Below are positions 19,446 through 29,181 of a stretch of DNA of 64,000 nt, piece after piece. The notes under the pieces are model-generated. The model was not told the DNA's origin and ran no database searches. It saw only the letters and a program-made list of their open reading frames with translations. Source of the stretch: Firmicutes bacterium CAG:882 (GTDB taxonomy: Bacteria; Bacillota; Clostridia; Lachnospirales; Lachnospiraceae); the NCBI GenBank assembly GCA_000435595.1, contig FR895425.1, forward strand, positions 14,273-78,272. Direction: 5' to 3'. The translations under genes were made by a program, and so were the position numbers. The first letter of the stretch is position 1. Every line of letters begins with the position of its first letter.

Positions 19446-19634
19446 ACAGAATTATTATTAAAGCGAACAGAATAATGATATCCAATCCCTTATTGGTTTT
19501 GACTCAAAAGGAAATTCTGCTATTTTGCAGGAAAATATATGAGTCATAATATTGCTTGGTATTAAATGATTTAATGAATTATTTAATCTGATAACCGTTT
19601 GACTTGATAAGGTTTTGGAGGAAGGGATTATATT

Positions 19635-22600
19635 ATGGAGGAAATGAAGCAGACAGGCAGAAAAAATGAAGCACCTAAGCTGACGGATTTGAATTACAGA
19701 ATTGGGCTTGATATTGGTATTGCTTCTGTAGGCTGGGCGGTGCTTGAGAACAACTCTCATGACGAGCCGTTCAGGATTATTGATTTGGGTGTCAGAATTT
19801 TTGATACCGCAGAGCAGCCTAAGACGGGTGCATCACTAGCACTTCCAAGGAGGGAAGCACGTTCAGCAAGAAGGAGAATAAGAAGGCGCAGGGACAGGAT
19901 AGAACGCATCAAGAAGCTTTTTCAGGCTGAAGGGCTTATAAATATCGATGAGTTTGAGGCTCGTTACAAAATAGCAGGACTTTCTGATGTTTACAAGCTG
20001 AGATATGAGGGGCTTGACAGGAAGCTTACAGATGATGAACTGGCACAGGTATTATTACATATTGCAAAGCACAGAGGATTTAAGTCGACAAGCAAGGCAG
20101 AAGAAGCGGAAAACGAAAATGACGCAGCAAAGAAAAAAGAAGCAGGGGCTTTAAAGAAGGGTATAAGCAATAATAAAAAGCTTATGGAAGAAAAAGGATA
20201 CAGGACGGTTGGAGAAATGATGTATCTTGATGAAAACTTCCGTACAGATTGTCCATGGAATGAAAATGGCTACATACTTACACCTCGCAATAAGTCCGGC
20301 GATTATAAGCATACCGTTTTAAGAGATATGCTTGTAGATGAAGTAAGAGAGATATTTAAGTCTCAGAGAAGTCTTGGAAATATTCACGCTTCCGAAGAAC
20401 TTGAGAATGCATATCTTGATATTATGCTCAGCCAGCGTTCATTTGATATGGGACCGGGTGCTCCGAGCAAGTATGCGATGGAGGGATTTGAGGACAGAGT
20501 AGGATTATGTACCTTTGAAGGTAAGAATGGTGAGAAGCGTGCAGCAAAGGCAGCATATACCTCAGAACTTTTTGTGGCATTGGAGAAGATAAATCACACC
20601 AAGATTGTGAGTGATGATGGAGCCACAAGATTTTTGACGACGTATGAACGCAAGAGCATTATTGAACTTATGCATAAGCAGCAGACTGTAAAGTATGCGG
20701 CAGTGCGTAAGGCGATTGGCTTAGCGGAGGAGGACAAATTCTACAACCTTAACTACAGTCCGAAGGCTGGAAGCAAAAAGTCTCCTGAAGATACAGATTT
20801 TGTTAAACTTGAAAACTATCATAAGATACGCAAGGCTCTTGGAGAAGACATAGTTTCAGAACATTTACCTGCTGAAAAGATAAAGCTGTATGACAGTATT
20901 GCAACTATACTTACACTGTTCAAGAATGATGACAGCCGAATTAAGAGATTTATCGAACTGGGGATTGGTGAGGAATGCTTTGACGGGCTCCTTTCATTAT
21001 CACCAAGCAAATTTCATAACCTTTCTCTGGTTGCAATGGGGAAGATAATTCCGTTTTTGCTTGATGGCAACACCTATGACAAGGCATGCGAACTCGCAGG
21101 GTATGATTTTAAGGCAGATAATAAAGGCGAGAAGTCTGTTCTGCTGAAAGGAAAAAATATAACGGATATGGTGAATGATATTACCAATCCGGTTGTGAGA
21201 CGTTCTGTATCTCAGACAATAAAGGTTATAAATGCAATTATACTTGAGTATGGAAGTCCGCAGGCGGTTAATATTGAGCTTGCAAGGGAAATGTCAAAGA
21301 ACTTTGATGAAAGACGAAAGCTCAAGTCTGATATGGAATCACGCGAAAAAGAAAACAATAATGTCATAAAGCGTGTAAAAGAATATAAGCTGAATCCAAC
21401 AGGTCAGGATATAGTTAAGTTCCGCCTCTGGGAGGAGCAGGACAGAAGATGCTTATATTCAGGTGAGAAGATTGATATAAATGACCTTTTTTCAAGAGAT
21501 GGCGGTTATGACGTTGACCACATTCTTCCGTACAGCATCACATTTGATGATACATATCGCAATAAAGTACTTGTAAAAGCATCTGAGAACAGGCAGAAGG
21601 GAAACAGAACACCTTATGAGTATTTTATGGCTGAGAAGGATGATGATGAATGGAATGTTTACGAGACTTTGGTTCGAAATACAGTCAAAGATTATAAGAA
21701 GGTGCTCAAGTTACTCAAGAAACATATAACAGAGGATGAAAAGAGCGAATTTAGGGAGCGAAATCTTACTGATACAAAATATATTACCAGAATCATCTAC
21801 AATATGATACGTCAGAACCTTGTGTTAAAACCATATCTTAGTCTTGAAAAAGAACGCAAGAAACAGGTCATGGCTGTAAATGGTTCCATAACACACTATC
21901 TCAGTAAGAGATGGGGACTTGAAAGCAAGGATAGACGTACAGACACACATCACGCACAGGATGCAGTTGTCATCGCCTGTACAACTGATGGAATGATAAA
22001 TAAAATATCGCGATATTCCAAGGGACGAGAGCTACTTTATTCAAGAGGCTTTAAGTTTGTAGATGAAGAAACAGGGGAAATACTTTCGCGCGATAATTTT
22101 ACCCGTGAGGAGTGGGACGAGAAGTACGGGGTGAAAATCCCTATACCGTGGGAACATTTCAGGGATGAGCTTGATATCCGTATGTCAAGGTACAACGGAA
22201 CAGGTGATGACTCAATCGACAAAACAACGCCGAGGGATTTTATTTTGTCACACAGGGATGCGCACAAATGGATAAATTACCCTGAGTGGATGTTTGTCGA
22301 AGGAAGACCGGGACGTAGAGGAGTGCTCGACGGAATTTTTGTTTCCAGAATGCCGAAGCATAAAGTGAGTGGTCAGGCACATGAGGAGACGGTTCGCTCG
22401 GCGAAGTATTATAATGATGGTGGCAGTGTATTTGAGAGTGGTGGATATGTAGTTACCAAAAAATCAATTCAGGACATCAAGCTAAAAGACGGGGAGATAA
22501 AGGAGTTCTTCAATCCGGACAGCGACAGATTACTTTATAACGCTTTGGTTGACAGACTTAATAAATTTGAAAACGATCCAAAGAAGGCTTTCGCGGAGCC

Positions 22601-23162
22601 ATTCTATAAGCCAAAGGCGGATGGCACTCAGGGACCTATCGTCAAAAAAATCAAGGTGTTCGAGAAGCAGTCATCAGGAGTGTTTGTCAGAGATGGAAAG
22701 GGTATAGCAGCAAACGGTGCAATGGTTAGAATTGATGTATTCTGTGAAGAAGATAAGGGCAAAAAGAAGTACTATTTTGTACCGATCTATACAGCGGATG
22801 TTGTAAAGAAAAAACTGCCTGACCGTGCTGCAACAGCCAACAAGCTTATATCTGAATGGCGTGTGATGAAGGAAGAAAATTTTATTTTTAGTCTGTATTC
22901 AAGGGACTTGATTTATATTGAGAGTGATAAGGGAGTACAGGTTAAAGATATAGATGGTAAAATCAGTAAACCAGTTAATTTATTTGCATATTATTTGGGA
23001 GCAGATACATCTACAGCGAGCATTTCGGGTAAATTGCATGATAGTAGTGCTAATTTTAGAAGCATTGGTATTCAGGGGCTGAGGCGATTTGATAAATGTC
23101 AGGTAGATGTATTGGGAAATATTTCATTTGTGAATAAGGAAAAACGTATGCCGTTTAATTAA
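19635..23162 (+). CDS. cas9: Cas9, type II-C
   Basis: RuvC-I IGLDIGIASVGWAV. Arg-rich bridge helix RREARSARRRIRRRRDRIERIKKLF. HNH DVDHILPYS...NKVLVKASENRQKGNRTPYEY. RuvC-III HHAQDAVVIACTT. 1175 aa. Confidence 0.95.
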   Translation: MEEMKQTGRKNEAPKLTDLNYRIGLDIGIASVGWAVLENNSHDEPFRIIDLGVRIFDTAEQPKTGASLALPRREARSARRRIRRRRDRIERIKKLFQAEGLINIDEFEARYKIAGLSDVYKLRYEGLDRKLTDDELAQVLLHIAKHRGFKSTSKAEEAENENDAAKKKEAGALKKGISNNKKLMEEKGYRTVGEMMYLDENFRTDCPWNENGYILTPRNKSGDYKHTVLRDMLVDEVREIFKSQRSLGNIHASEELENAYLDIMLSQRSFDMGPGAPSKYAMEGFEDRVGLCTFEGKNGEKRAAKAAYTSELFVALEKINHTKIVSDDGATRFLTTYERKSIIELMHKQQTVKYAAVRKAIGLAEEDKFYNLNYSPKAGSKKSPEDTDFVKLENYHKIRKALGEDIVSEHLPAEKIKLYDSIATILTLFKNDDSRIKRFIELGIGEECFDGLLSLSPSKFHNLSLVAMGKIIPFLLDGNTYDKACELAGYDFKADNKGEKSVLLKGKNITDMVNDITNPVVRRSVSQTIKVINAIILEYGSPQAVNIELAREMSKNFDERRKLKSDMESREKENNNVIKRVKEYKLNPTGQDIVKFRLWEEQDRRCLYSGEKIDINDLFSRDGGYDVDHILPYSITFDDTYRNKVLVKASENRQKGNRTPYEYFMAEKDDDEWNVYETLVRNTVKDYKKVLKLLKKHITEDEKSEFRERNLTDTKYITRIIYNMIRQNLVLKPYLSLEKERKKQVMAVNGSITHYLSKRWGLESKDRRTDTHHAQDAVVIACTTDGMINKISRYSKGRELLYSRGFKFVDEETGEILSRDNFTREEWDEKYGVKIPIPWEHFRDELDIRMSRYNGTGDDSIDKTTPRDFILSHRDAHKWINYPEWMFVEGRPGRRGVLDGIFVSRMPKHKVSGQAHEETVRSAKYYNDGGSVFESGGYVVTKKSIQDIKLKDGEIKEFFNPDSDRLLYNALVDRLNKFENDPKKAFAEPFYKPKADGTQGPIVKKIKVFEKQSSGVFVRDGKGIAANGAMVRIDVFCEEDKGKKKYYFVPIYTADVVKKKLPDRAATANKLISEWRVMKEENFIFSLYSRDLIYIESDKGVQVKDIDGKISKPVNLFAYYLGADTSTASISGKLHDSSANFRSIGIQGLRRFDKCQVDVLGNISFVNKEKRMPFN

Positions 23163-23177
23163 ATTAAGGAGAAGTGT

Positions 23178-24080
23178 ATGGGATACCGCAACATAAAAAT
23201 AGATAGTTCTATAGGATTACATATAAAAAATGAACAATTAGTTATAGGCGATAAGAATATCAGTTTTCCTTTAGAAGATATTAATTGTGTCATTATAGAA
23301 AATCAATCTGTTACGGTATCCACATATATGCTTCAAGAGTTTGCAAAATATGGAATCGCATTATATGTATGCGATGAGAAACATTTACCTAATGCTGTGC
23401 TTCTGCCTATGGTAAAGCATAGCAGGCATTTTAGAATGCTTACCAAACAGATTGAGGTGGGAAAGCCTCTTATTAAGCGGCTGTGGCAGCAGGTTATTGT
23501 TTTTAAAATAAGAAATCAGGCATTGTGTCTTAAAGAGCTTGGACTTGATGGGCATGAAAAACTTCTTTCAATGACAAAAGAAGTGCAGTCGGGTGACAAG
23601 ACACATGTTGAGGCGAAAGCTGCGGCATATTATTTTCGTGTTTTATATGGTGAAAACTTTACCAGATCAGATGAAAGTATTGTAAATTCGGCGATGAATT
23701 ATGCTTATGCGATAATCAGAGGTCTGATTGCAAGGTCAATCGTGTGCTATGGTCTGGAGCCTTCATTGGGGATGTTCCATCACAGCGAATTAAACAGTTA
23801 TAATCTGGCAGATGATATGATTGAAGTATTCAGACCACTGGTTGATTTGTACGTGGCAAGTCATTTTGATATTTCAGAGGTTGATGCGGATTTAACCCCT
23901 CAGATAAAAAGAGATTTGTTTAATATTATTAACTATGATATGTCGGTGAAAGGAGAGAAACGCATTATCAGCAACTGTATTGAGATGCTTGTGTACAGCT
24001 ATAGTGGAGCCATTCAGGGAAACAGAACAGATTTGGAACTTCCCGAATTGATACCGTTGCAGGTGCATAGCTATGAATAA
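23178..24080 (+). CDS. cas1: Cas1
   Basis: 300 aa type II Cas1 directly downstream of cas9. Conserved acidic and histidine residues in the C-terminal half. Confidence 0.9.
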   Translation: MGYRNIKIDSSIGLHIKNEQLVIGDKNISFPLEDINCVIIENQSVTVSTYMLQEFAKYGIALYVCDEKHLPNAVLLPMVKHSRHFRMLTKQIEVGKPLIKRLWQQVIVFKIRNQALCLKELGLDGHEKLLSMTKEVQSGDKTHVEAKAAAYYFRVLYGENFTRSDESIVNSAMNYAYAIIRGLIARSIVCYGLEPSLGMFHHSELNSYNLADDMIEVFRPLVDLYVASHFDISEVDADLTPQIKRDLFNIINYDMSVKGEKRIISNCIEMLVYSYSGAIQGNRTDLELPELIPLQVHSYE

Positions 24081-24393
24081 ATTTATGAGATTGTTGGTGT
24101 TTTTTGATTTACCTGTTGTTAAGGACAGAGATAGAAAAGTTGCTGCTAAATTTCGCAGATTTCTTCTGAAAGATGGATATGTTATGGTTCAGTGGTCAGT
24201 ATATTCGAGACTTTGCAATGGTACGGATTCTATCGAGACTCATAAGCAAAGATTAAAGCAGAATTTACCGCATAAGGGGTCTGTGCGTTGCCTTGTATTG
24301 ACGGAAAAACAATATTCGTCCATAGATATTCTTTTAGGAACGTCTACATTTCATGATATGGATGAATCATCTGATTTAATAAATATTTTTTGA
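24073..24393 (+). CDS. cas2: Cas2
   Basis: 106 aa. Overlaps cas1 by 8 nt. MNKFMRLLVFFDLP N-terminus typical of Cas2. Confidence 0.9.
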   Translation: MNKFMRLLVFFDLPVVKDRDRKVAAKFRRFLLKDGYVMVQWSVYSRLCNGTDSIETHKQRLKQNLPHKGSVRCLVLTEKQYSSIDILLGTSTFHDMDESSDLINIF

Positions 24394-24446
24394 AAAAAGA
24401 GTATTATGCAATGTGAAAATTAGGATTAACAATTATTTTTTACATG

Positions 24447-24486
24447 AAAAATCCCCGTGAACATATATAAACACGGGGATTTTTCG
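24447..24486. terminator. bidirectional hairpin terminator between cas2 and the CRISPR array
   Basis: aaaaatccccgtg...cacggggattttt, a symmetric A/T-flanked GC-rich stem. Confidence 0.6.
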
Positions 24487-24490
24487 TTCC

Positions 24491-24592
24491 CTATTATATC
24501 ATACCAAGCGATAACCGGGAACAACAACATATGAGGAATTAGAGGAACAGGGCAGACTATTATATCATACCAAGCGATAACCGGGAACAACA
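24491..24592. CRISPR. minimal CRISPR array: two 36-bp repeats, one 30-bp spacer
   Basis: Repeat ctattatatcataccaagcgataaccgggaacaaca at 24491-24526 and again at 24557-24592. Spacer acatatgaggaattagaggaacagggcaga at 24527-24556. On the minus strand each repeat carries the extended -10 TGaTATAAT, which implies antisense (minus-strand) crRNA transcription. Confidence 0.8.
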
Positions 24593-24725
24593 CGACAAGA
24601 GACCCTTTTGTGAAAGATTAGTTTACATTTTTGTTGTAAATCTTTTTTTTTTGTATTAGAATAAAATAGATGTAAAAATATAGTAAAGAAGAATATAAGA
24701 AAACAAGAAATGAGGACGTTTTGTT

Positions 24726-26516
24726 ATGGATGCTGTATCAGTAACGCTGTTGTGCCTTGGGCTGTTTAGCGGAATTGCACTTTTCCTGTATGGAATGAGT
24801 GTGATGGGTGACGGTCTTAAGAAGGTTGCGGGAAATAAGCTTGAGACGCTTTTGTACGGGTTGACAAGCACACCGATTAAGGGAATTTTGCTGGGTGCAG
24901 GTGTTACGGCTATTATTCAGTCATCATCGGCTACTTCGGTTATGGTAGTCGGCTTCGTTAATTCGGGTATGATGAAGGTTATACAGGGAATTGGTATTAT
25001 TATGGGTGCCAATATCGGAACAAGTATAACCGGATGGATTTTGTGTCTTTCGGATATTCAGGGAGCGGGTGGTATAGCAGCTCTTTTGTCATCGTCGAGT
25101 ATAGCGGCAATTGTAGCTATAATTGGTCTGCTTGTGAGAAATCTTTCAAAGAAGGAGTCTCATAAGGCAGTCGGTGATATCATGTTTGGATTTACGATAC
25201 TTATGATAGGTATGTCAACCATGAAGGAGGCGATGTCTCCGCTTCAGAACAATCCTTTTTTTATGGGAATGCTTACGAAGTTTTCCAATCCGTTTCTTGG
25301 TATTCTTTTAGGTATAGTTATCACGGCAGTGCTTCAGAGCGCATCGGCATCCATAGGTATTCTACAGTCGGTTGCAATGTCGGGATTTCTGCCTTTTTCG
25401 GCGGCACTGCCTATAGTCATGGGTATTGGTGTCGGGGCGGCATGTCCGGTTCTCATGAGTGGTATGAGTTCTAACAAGAACGGTAAGAGAACAGCACTTG
25501 TGTATCTTTTTAATGATTTGTTCGGAATGATTATATGCGGAACTCTTTTTTACACAATTCAGGCGATTGTGACAAGAGGAGGTCAGTTCGCATTTATGGA
25601 TGTTGAGATGAATTCTGTCTCAATAGCCCTTCTCAATACTGTATATCGAGTTGTCACAATCGTGATACTCGCACCGTTCATCAAGCAGATTAATAAGCTT
25701 ATGTTCTGGCTTGTAAAGGACACCGAGGATGAGGTTGAGGATCAGGCAGACTTTGACCTGCTTGAGGAGCGTTTCTTAAGAAACCCTGAACTTGCACTTA
25801 CTCAGGTAGGTGTTGTAATGAACGGAATGGCAAGAAAGGCACAAAAGAATGTCATGAGGGCATTTGACCTTATGGATGATTATTCTGTTGAGAAGTACAA
25901 TATCATTCAGGAAAAAGAGACAATCATCGATAAATATGAGGACAAGCTTGACACATATATGATGAAGATTACGGCTGTGGGACTTAACAAGAGCCAGACA
26001 GTGCAGAACTCCAAGTATCTCCATACAGTCAGTGATTTTGAACGTATTGCTGATCACGCCTGCGGTATATCGAGGGCAGCCAAGGAAATCGTGGAGAAAA
26101 AGATTAAGTTTTCCGATGATGCGCGGCGGGAGCTTGCAATTCTGTACAGTGCTGTTAAGGAAGAACTGGATATGACTGTTAAGTCATTTACTGAGGATGA
26201 TATAGATATGGCAAGACAGGTGGAGCCGCTTAGAATCACAGTGAGAATGTTATGTGCAGAGCTTAAGCGAAACCACATTACTCGTCTTCAGAGCGGTAAC
26301 TGTGATGCAATCAATGGATTTGTTTTTAATGATCTTTTGACGAATCTGGAGAGAATTGTTGCGCATTGCTCCAACGTAGCCGTTGCCATGATGGAGTTTG
26401 AATCGGATGATTTCAACACCCACCAGTATCTGAAGGAGCTCAGAGATTCAGAGGATTCCGGTATTGTAAAGGATGTCAACTATTATTCTGAAAAGTATTC
26501 GGTGGATAAGAAATAA
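24726..26516 (+). CDS. Na/Pi cotransporter family protein (NptA-like with C-terminal PhoU-like domain)
   Basis: GAGVTAIIQSSSATSVMVVGFVNSGMM repeat motif of Na/Pi cotransporter II. 596 aa. Confidence 0.75.
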   Translation: MDAVSVTLLCLGLFSGIALFLYGMSVMGDGLKKVAGNKLETLLYGLTSTPIKGILLGAGVTAIIQSSSATSVMVVGFVNSGMMKVIQGIGIIMGANIGTSITGWILCLSDIQGAGGIAALLSSSSIAAIVAIIGLLVRNLSKKESHKAVGDIMFGFTILMIGMSTMKEAMSPLQNNPFFMGMLTKFSNPFLGILLGIVITAVLQSASASIGILQSVAMSGFLPFSAALPIVMGIGVGAACPVLMSGMSSNKNGKRTALVYLFNDLFGMIICGTLFYTIQAIVTRGGQFAFMDVEMNSVSIALLNTVYRVVTIVILAPFIKQINKLMFWLVKDTEDEVEDQADFDLLEERFLRNPELALTQVGVVMNGMARKAQKNVMRAFDLMDDYSVEKYNIIQEKETIIDKYEDKLDTYMMKITAVGLNKSQTVQNSKYLHTVSDFERIADHACGISRAAKEIVEKKIKFSDDARRELAILYSAVKEELDMTVKSFTEDDIDMARQVEPLRITVRMLCAELKRNHITRLQSGNCDAINGFVFNDLLTNLERIVAHCSNVAVAMMEFESDDFNTHQYLKELRDSEDSGIVKDVNYYSEKYSVDKK

Positions 26517-26539
26517 AATATATTTGATGGAGGAGTGGA

Positions 26540-27109
26540 ATGATGAAGAGAGTAAAAATAACGTATAATGCACCGGTGACACTTACTTTTGTACTATTAT
26601 GCTTTTTGGCGACTTTGCTCAATTACATAACTCAGGGCGGAAGTAACGTGCTTTTGTTTATGACATACCATTCTTCACTTGCCAACCCGCTTACCTATCT
26701 GCGGTTTTTTACTCATGTGTTAGGACATAGCGGATGGTCACATTTTATAGGAAACGCCTCGTATCTGTTGCTGCTTGGCCCGATGCTTGAGGAAAAGCAT
26801 GGCGGAAAAGAGATAATAGAAGTGATGTTATTGACGGCATTCGTTACAGGTGTTATCAACTATATTTTCTTTCCTTATGTTGCACTTTGCGGAGCAAGCG
26901 GAGTGGTATTCTCGTTTATTCTCATGACTTCGTTCACAGGCTTTAGAGATGGAGAGATACCGATAAGTTTTATTCTTGTAGCGGTTATATTTATAGGGCA
27001 GCAGATTTACGGTGGTATAGTGTATGACAACAATATTTCATACATGGCTCACATTACCGGTGGTGTCGTAGGTTCGGTAACAGGTTATATGCTTAATAAA
27101 CAAAAATAA
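26540..27109 (+). CDS. rhomboid-family intramembrane serine protease
   Basis: GASGVVFSFI (GxSG catalytic serine) and a downstream AHITGGVVG histidine helix. Polytopic, 189 aa. Confidence 0.6.
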   Translation: MMKRVKITYNAPVTLTFVLLCFLATLLNYITQGGSNVLLFMTYHSSLANPLTYLRFFTHVLGHSGWSHFIGNASYLLLLGPMLEEKHGGKEIIEVMLLTAFVTGVINYIFFPYVALCGASGVVFSFILMTSFTGFRDGEIPISFILVAVIFIGQQIYGGIVYDNNISYMAHITGGVVGSVTGYMLNKQK

Positions 27110-27144
27110 AAGTTCCCCATCTGCAGGTTGTGCCTGTGAGATGG
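27106..27144 (+). terminator. rho-independent terminator
   Basis: tccccatct...agatgggggtctttt. Confidence 0.55.
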
Positions 27145-27164
27145 GGGTCTTTTGTAATGTTCTA

Positions 27165-27512
27165 TTATTCGTTTCGGTTGCGGTTAAGTCGTGTGAACTC
27201 ACGGGCGATTAACAGAATGGATTCATTGTATTCGAGCGGAAGAGATGACATCATGGATACAACGTCTTTTTGCATGTCATTTGAGTTGTCGTGACCGAAC
27301 ACTATGGTGTCGAGTGAGACATGCAGACCTCTTGACAGCTTGATCAGGGTATCCACAGACATTGATTTGCGTCCGTTCTCGATTTCTGATAAGAATGTGA
27401 CAGATATGCCGGTCTTTTCGGCGAGCTCCTGCTGCGTCATGTTAAGGGAACGCCTGAGCTGGTAAATCTTGTTACCTATGATACGGTTGGTATCATGGGA
27501 AGTACAGTTCAT
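27165..27512 (-). CDS. XRE-family HTH transcriptional regulator
   Basis: IYQLRRSLNMTQQELAEKTGISVTFLSEIENGRKSMSVDTLIKLSRGL. Confidence 0.75.
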   Translation of the reverse strand: MNCTSHDTNRIIGNKIYQLRRSLNMTQQELAEKTGISVTFLSEIENGRKSMSVDTLIKLSRGLHVSLDTIVFGHDNSNDMQKDVVSMMSSLPLEYNESILLIAREFTRLNRNRNE

Positions 27513-27656
27513 ATAATTCCTCCTATGCTATTTATTTGTTAAAACCTTGTTTAACTATAAGTACAAAATACCAAAAAATGGCAATTTATTAAATTAACAA
27601 TAGTTTATAATTTGTTAAACAAAGACGCTTTGACAGTTATTTTATAAAATGTTACA

Positions 27657-28103
27657 ATGAGCAAAACTGAAATATATGAATATTATAGGAGTGTGAGACA
27701 GTTGGGCATAGTGATGGAGGATATTTTAGGCTTCAATTTTTTTCAATACGGAAGCCCGTATACAGGAGAATGCGGAGGAATGCATTTTAGGATGGAGAGA
27801 AGCCCGCTGGAAAATGTGGTGTTTAATCATGATCCTCACAAGAATGATGAGGCTTTGTTTGCGGTTACGGTGTGGAGGGGACCGTTCAATTATGATACCA
27901 CCCGTCAGAAAAAGATTACGGCACAGTTTCCTTTTACGGAGGAGGGGAGAATTCAGGCTGTGCAGTGGTTGAATGAACGATATAATGAGAAGGTTGATTA
28001 CTGGGCAGAGGGGATACCACTGTTCCCGAGATACACCACCGATGAAGACGAAGTCGATGAAAATATCTCAGATGGGAACGCGGATGAGCAGATGGAGGGC
28101 TAG
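27657..28103 (+). CDS. hypothetical protein with an acidic C-terminus
   Basis: ORF only, no motifs. Divergent from the XRE regulator. Confidence 0.35.
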   Translation: MSKTEIYEYYRSVRQLGIVMEDILGFNFFQYGSPYTGECGGMHFRMERSPLENVVFNHDPHKNDEALFAVTVWRGPFNYDTTRQKKITAQFPFTEEGRIQAVQWLNERYNEKVDYWAEGIPLFPRYTTDEDEVDENISDGNADEQMEG

Positions 28104-29035
28104 CCTGCAGTGATGCCGGATAGGAAGTCTGTGACAGCATCGGAGAGAGGGAGAGCTTCGCTTACACAGTAACTTACCTCTCTTTTTTTTATGTATAAAT
28201 CAGGTGGGGTTACTTCCATAAGAGCACCTGTTTCAAGTTCGTTTTTGACAAATTCGCGTATAACACAGCCTATTCCAAGCCCTGTCTTGGCAAACTCAAT
28301 AAGAAGGTCCATACTGCCGATTTCCATTAGAGTTATCTGTGCGAGAGGAAGTTCGTTTATGTAGGTGTCGACATAGGTTCTTGTCACGTTGTCCTTGGTG
28401 AGCAGCATGAGATTGGCACCTTGAAAAAGATTGCTCATGTCCGTGTGCTCCCTGAGAAGAAGATTCTTTATGTACGCCGGGGAAGCGACAAAGGTATCCT
28501 GAATTGAACCGGCGCTATACAGCTTAAGTCCTTTGGTAGAGTCAGGTGTGGCTATAAGTCCTATGTCTATATCGTGGTTGTCGATAAGGGCTTTGGTATG
28601 CAGGGATGACTGACAATTTATTGATATGCTCACATGAGGGTTCTTGCGGACGTATTTTTGAAGCCTTGGAAGAAGAATATATTTACACAGGGTGTTGCTT
28701 GCACCGAAGCGGATGCGTCCGACACCAAGCAGCTTTCTTGAGCTTAACAGCATTTCGCCTGCGTTAATCTCGTTGAAGGCAGCGAGAATGTGATTATAGA
28801 GAAGATCACCTTCTTCCGTGAGCTTTACACCTCTCGAACTTCGATAGAACAGTGTTGTGTCGAGTTCGTTTTCAAGCTGACGGATGGCTTTACTGACGGC
28901 CGGCTGACTGATGAAGAGCTTTTTTGATGCCTCTGAGAGATTGCCTGACTGTGCAACCATGATAAAAATATTGTATAGATTGAGTGAGGCGTGATTTATA
29001 TTGTTCACTATATTATATTCTCCATTTCGATTCAT
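28100..29035 (-). CDS. LysR-family transcriptional regulator
   Basis: HTH NLSEASKKLFISQPAVSKAIRQLE. LysR substrate-binding fold follows. Start chosen at MNRNG. The ORF track extends to 29095. Confidence 0.8.
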   Translation of the reverse strand: MNRNGEYNIVNNINHASLNLYNIFIMVAQSGNLSEASKKLFISQPAVSKAIRQLENELDTTLFYRSSRGVKLTEEGDLLYNHILAAFNEINAGEMLLSSRKLLGVGRIRFGASNTLCKYILLPRLQKYVRKNPHVSISINCQSSLHTKALIDNHDIDIGLIATPDSTKGLKLYSAGSIQDTFVASPAYIKNLLLREHTDMSNLFQGANLMLLTKDNVTRTYVDTYINELPLAQITLMEIGSMDLLIEFAKTGLGIGCVIREFVKNELETGALMEVTPPDLYIKKREVSYCVSEALPLSDAVTDFLSGITAG

Positions 29036-29181
29036 ACAAACATAATAACTTGTAGTTATAATACATATAAATAATATGTATTTTAAGAATAGCAAAAAAT
29101 GTGCTATGATGCAAGTAATAACTTGATAATCTTATTGCTCTATATGATTATTAAAGAAAAACAGTGAAATGAGGAATTATT

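Noticed and set aside
19590-19615. gataaccgtttgac just upstream of the cas9 RBS resembles the gataaccggg core of the repeat
   Set aside because: Only an 8-nt match with no flanking similarity. Probably coincidence, not a degenerate repeat.
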